Source: Candidatus Hydrothermarchaeota archaeon
GTDB lineage: Archaea > CAYFZR01
Length of the DNA: 10,339 bases
Direction of reading: 5' to 3'
Assembly (NCBI GenBank): GCA_046760505.1
Contig: JBHIEG010000044.1
Location: 1-10,339 of the forward strand
The position numbers and the translations under genes are program-made. The notes beneath the pieces are model-generated. The model saw only the letters and a list, made by a program, of their open reading frames with translations, did no database searches and was not told the DNA's origin. Positions 7,202 through 10,339 of the stretch are shown here, piece after piece. Each line of letters opens with the position of its first letter. Positions within the stretch are counted from its first letter, which is position 1.

Positions 7202-8332
7202 CTAGTCGATTTTCATTATCTCGTGAACCAGCCTCTGAAGCACCTCCTCAACACCTTTAGCTTGAGTGGCAACAGTTCCAATTACAGGGACATCAAGTCC
7301 TATTCTCTCAGTGATCTCCTCTATCGATAGGGCATTGGGTAAATCTTGTTTATTCGCTGCTATTACAAGGGGCTTATCTTCTTCAGCAAGTTTTATCATC
7401 TCTTTGGCCCTTTCAAAACTCTCTGGGTCCGTGCTGTCTACTACGAGGACTATCCCCGAGATATCTTTCGCGAAGATATTAAAAATGAATTCAAAACGTT
7501 CCTGGCCTGGAGTACCGAATATTTCAGCCTCGATTTCACTTATCTCCGTGTAACCATGATCGAATGCTATTGTGGTACCCATTCTATCGATGCTAATCGA
7601 GTTAGGACATAGTGCTCTTATAAAAGTAGATTTTCCTGAGTGATATGGTCCGGTAACCAAGATTTTTGGTATATAGGGTACCAATCCATATTTCTCCTTG
7701 AGAATATAGGGTATCCAGCTGGTTCCCGGGATTAGATCGGTTTGTTCTATCCTGAACATGTCAAACCGAATTCCTCCTTTGTAAAATGACTTAAACTCGA
7801 TTACTCCATCAAAAAATTTCTTTATTCTATTCATATCGTTTTGATTCAAGCTCCAATTAGAGAATTTATAAATAGGAGAAAAACCACGATCCTTTGCTAC
7901 CTTATTTGCTAATTGAATAAACTCATCAAGATCGATATCCAAGTCGATGAAGAACTCGAGCGAATTAAAAACGATTCTTCCATTTTCATTCTTGCTAACA
8001 ATCTCAGAGAGTGTTGACAAAAGTTCAGAGGGGTCTGATGGATCTACAGCATATTTTTCCTGGGAAGGCTGTTGCATGCGTGGAGATAAACAATCGATTA
8101 CTAGGAGGGAATCGGTTATTTTAACACCAAAGCGCTCAAAATTCTCTTTAACTCTGTTTGGCCATCGGTAAAAATCAAGATAAATACTGGGCTCATTGTT
8201 TTTAACTCCTTCAGCAATAAATTGTTCTGCGAAAAGAGTTTTTTCAGCAGGGCCGTCACTATATAACAAAAGAGAACAGGGTCTTGGTAAATCACCTATC
8301 CGCTCATCAAGAGCTCGAATGCCTATTCTCAT
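7202..8332 (-). CDS. Fusion of a degenerate KaiC/RAD55-like domain (N) and an MglA-like small GTPase (C), 376 aa
   Basis: N part: GIRALDERIGDLP, decayed Walker A SDGPAEKT, IDC, decayed Walker B IVFNS, FDGVIEF. C part (from about 7670): GPYHSGKS, TTIAFDHG, GTPGQERF, NKQD, TVAT. Confidence 0.9.
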   Translation of the reverse strand: MRIGIRALDERIGDLPRPCSLLLYSDGPAEKTLFAEQFIAEGVKNNEPSIYLDFYRWPNRVKENFERFGVKITDSLLVIDCLSPRMQQPSQEKYAVDPSDPSELLSTLSEIVSKNENGRIVFNSLEFFIDLDIDLDEFIQLANKVAKDRGFSPIYKFSNWSLNQNDMNRIKKFFDGVIEFKSFYKGGIRFDMFRIEQTDLIPGTSWIPYILKEKYGLVPYIPKILVTGPYHSGKSTFIRALCPNSISIDRMGTTIAFDHGYTEISEIEAEIFGTPGQERFEFIFNIFAKDISGIVLVVDSTDPESFERAKEMIKLAEEDKPLVIAANKQDLPNALSIEEITERIGLDVPVIGTVATQAKGVEEVLQRLVHEIMKID

Positions 8333-8333
8333 G

Positions 8334-9056
8334 TTATATCTCCATGACTATCCCATTATCCGTTATCTCGAATGGAATCCATGAGGTACTATGCTTTACC
8401 CCTTTTAGACTAAAAATGCGGAAAGCGCGCTTTATTCCACTTTCACTTTCGCTCAGCCTTAATTCAAAGATACCATCAGCCATGTACCTGAGAGTTTGAA
8501 CTGTACGTTCATCATGGACTCCTGATTGCAGTACGCATAATCCCGTCATGCCTGATCTTTTAACTCTCGCTGAAAGTATCTCAAAGAATTTTATTATCGA
8601 TTGGGAGCCTGTATCGATCATGAGGTTTGAAAGGCAATCAAATACTAGTCGAGCGTTCTTCAATCCTTGTCTTGCGTCTTCGATTGTTAGGCTAACCTCA
8701 CTCAGATTTGAGGGGCTGTCCACGTAATATTTGGATGTTCTTTTGGATGAAACACGCCAAGAATAGCAGTCAACGAATCTGATCATGTTTTTATCAATGT
8801 ATTGAGATATATCCCACCCGAAAGACCTCATACCTGCTTCTATCGAGTCTATCGGCTCGTCAGTATGCACATACACCGCTGGATATCCTTGAGATAGACC
8901 ATGATACAAGAATTGCTGACAAAAGACAGTCTTTCCTGAGCCAGGAGGGGCTAAGAGCAAAATGAATAACCCTCTGGGCGGATCCCCTTCGATCAGATTA
9001 TCTACATGGGGGAATATAAGTGGTTTTTTATCCTTTCTTGCGTGTTTAAGCGCCAA
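8334..9056 (-). CDS. KaiC/RAD55-like ATPase, partly degenerate, 240 aa (start revised to TTG 9056)
   Basis: Walker A APPGSGKT, HTDE in place of the EE motif, VDCYS, Walker B LVFDC, MADGIFEL, FSLKG in place of KMRG. In-frame TTG at 9056-9054 has GGAGG (9066-9070) 9 nt upstream. Confidence 0.88.
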   Translation of the reverse strand: MALKHARKDKKPLIFPHVDNLIEGDPPRGLFILLLAPPGSGKTVFCQQFLYHGLSQGYPAVYVHTDEPIDSIEAGMRSFGWDISQYIDKNMIRFVDCYSWRVSSKRTSKYYVDSPSNLSEVSLTIEDARQGLKNARLVFDCLSNLMIDTGSQSIIKFFEILSARVKRSGMTGLCVLQSGVHDERTVQTLRYMADGIFELRLSESESGIKRAFRIFSLKGVKHSTSWIPFEITDNGIVMEI

Positions 9057-9849
9057 ACACCTTTTCCTCCGGAAAGACAACTATCCCTTTATCGGTGATT
9101 TTTAAAGGAAATAGACCTTCTCTAAATTTCATTCCTCTCATTTTGAGCACTTCGATGGCACGCATGCGTTTGTCGTTATGCCTAAAATTGTAAAGCACTA
9201 TGACTCCTTCTGTCATGAATTCTTCTATGCCAAAACGAGAGATCTTATCGCTCCCATAGGGCATTTCAGTGGTTACTAAAGTAGTACATCCAAGATCCTC
9301 GAGTAAATTAAACAAGCCTAGCAACTCCTGCCTTATTATAAAATCATCACTTATCTGAAGTTCCAGGGACGAGAGAGAGTCAATAACGATCCTCTTTGCT
9401 CTTGTTTTCTTTACTTTTTCTGTTATAATCTCAGTAACCGTATCTATATGGAACGGTTCACTGACGGTAAAAACAGACTTTGGTGCTCCAAGAGCCTCTG
9501 CAATAAGGGATCCATCGGGCTGAGTCTCTTTTTCAACCTGATATTGTTTTTGAGGTAATGGTGTTTTTCTCTTGGGTATCAGGCTCAACAAACCTAATTT
9601 GCCCATTCCTTCCAATTTTTCAAGGTCCCAACCAAAAGTCTTCATGTTCCTCTTAATTTTCTCAATTCTCTCTTCAAAAGTAACATATACGCCGTTTTCA
9701 CCTGAATTTATTCCAGCAATTAGAAACTGAACGCAGAATATGCTCTTGCCCGACCCTGGACCGCCGGATATGAGTATAATAGATTTTTCTGGAATGCCTC
9801 CATCAAGGATTTCATCTAACCCATCTATACCTGTGGATACCTTTTTCAT
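9046..9849 (-). CDS. Single-domain KaiC/RAD55-like ATPase with internal insertion, 267 aa
   Basis: STGIDGLDEILDGGIP, Walker A GGPGSGKS, TFEE, Walker B IVIDS, GIEEFMTEGVIVL, KMRG. Confidence 0.94.
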   Translation of the reverse strand: MKKVSTGIDGLDEILDGGIPEKSIILISGGPGSGKSIFCVQFLIAGINSGENGVYVTFEERIEKIKRNMKTFGWDLEKLEGMGKLGLLSLIPKRKTPLPQKQYQVEKETQPDGSLIAEALGAPKSVFTVSEPFHIDTVTEIITEKVKKTRAKRIVIDSLSSLELQISDDFIIRQELLGLFNLLEDLGCTTLVTTEMPYGSDKISRFGIEEFMTEGVIVLYNFRHNDKRMRAIEVLKMRGMKFREGLFPLKITDKGIVVFPEEKVFGA

Positions 9850-9876
9850 AGTCTTTGCCTGATTTCAGTATTTTGA

Positions 9877-9884
9877 AATTTATA
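9877..9884 (-). promoter_or_regulatory. Candidate archaeal TATA box (TATAAATT) for the KaiC-GTPase-V4R gene run
   Basis: Lies in the longest intergenic gap (73 bp), about 30 nt upstream of ATG 9849, which has no strong SD. Consistent with a short-leader transcript. No clear BRE. Confidence 0.4.
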
Positions 9885-9922
9885 GGTTATGAAGCTTGTG
9901 GGTAAATCGATAAAGATAACCT

Positions 9923-10339
9923 CTAATTTTCTAAAATTCGTAGTTCGGTTTCCAAAAGAGCCAACTCCTTTTTGTCCAAAGCCTCAAAGTCTAATGGAAC
10001 TATAAGGTTTGTATTTCTTTTAGAGACCCTGTCACGTTGGATTTGGAGAAATCTGAGCACTGATGTAAAGCCAATGTTTGTAATCAGATATTCCAAGCCA
10101 TCCAGCAGAATTATGGGGCCCTGACATGCTGCATGGGTTATAAAGCCACTAATTGCCATTGAAATCTCGTGTAGATTGAGTCCGACCGTCATTTCATCCT
10201 TGATCTTCATCTCAGTAAGCCAAAGGATAGGTGTTTTCTCTAGTCCATATGTTTTCCTCACCTTATTTGGCTTGGTCCTTGTAATAACTAAACCACATCT
10301 TCCAGAGGTAACATAATCAAAGAAAACGCCGTAAGCCTT
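9923..10339 (-). CDS. DUF835-like (inactive KaiC-fold) domain protein, partial, begins beyond the window
   Basis: The frame is open to the window edge: KAYGVFFDYVTSGRCGLVITRTKPNKVRKTYGLEKTPILWLT...IILLDGLEYLI...FTSVLRFL...LIVPLDFEALDKKELALLETE, matching DUF835 signatures as I recall them. The track start at 10261 is an internal GTG. Confidence 0.88.
   Translation of the reverse strand, partial: KAYGVFFDYVTSGRCGLVITRTKPNKVRKTYGLEKTPILWLTEMKIKDEMTVGLNLHEISMAISGFITHAACQGPIILLDGLEYLITNIGFTSVLRFLQIQRDRVSKRNTNLIVPLDFEALDKKELALLETELRILEN

Noticed and set aside
4116-8499. Plus-strand ORFs 4116..4406, 4618..4842, 4912..5448, 6812..7111, 7266..7553, 7346..7612, 7947..8171, 8196..8384, 8284..8499
   Set aside because: They are antisense shadows of the minus-strand genes with no independent evidence.
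78-9849. Cyanobacterial-type circadian clock (kaiABC)
   Set aside because: All KaiC-like proteins are single-domain, lack the CII Ser-Thr site at the aligned position, and no KaiA or KaiB is in the window.
3547-9925. Pyrrolysine read-through of TAG stops (3602, 5231, 7202, 9923) to form fusions
   Set aside because: The gaps to the next start (55, 8, 55 and 73 nt) are not multiples of three, so read-through would not fuse the genes.
1-10339. CRISPR array, IS element, tRNA/rRNA or tandem repeat array
   Set aside because: The longest intergenic gap is 73 bp, and I saw no spaced repeats, transposase motifs or RNA-gene signatures by eye.

Overview
Archaeal-type region (likely euryarchaeal; inference from gene families and GGAGG/AGGTGA ribosome-binding sites), almost fully coding, with two convergent gene runs that meet at about 3047-3069. 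Plus strand: C-terminal tail of a KaiC/RAD55-like ATPase, a complete single-domain KaiC/RAD55-like ATPase, a MinD/ParA ATPase and a CpaF/TadA/VirB11-family pilus-type ATPase with no adjacent membrane platform or pilin gene. Minus strand, in transcription order: DUF835-like inactive KaiC-fold domain (partial), an intact KaiC-like ATPase, a partly degenerate KaiC-like ATPase, a degenerate-KaiC/MglA-like GTPase fusion, a GAF-coiled coil-PAS-V4R sensor, a Roadblock/LC7 (MglB-like) protein, a stand-alone V4R protein, a second MglA-like GTPase with an aberrant G3 motif, two small 3-TM proteins and a Cys-rich V4R-like protein. The window reads as a signalling hub built from six KaiC-fold units, two small GTPases, a Roadblock and up to three V4R-fold domains, with no histidine kinase, receiver or DNA-binding output visible. 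No RNA genes, CRISPR arrays or mobile elements were seen. All family calls come from motif recognition by eye, not from database searches.
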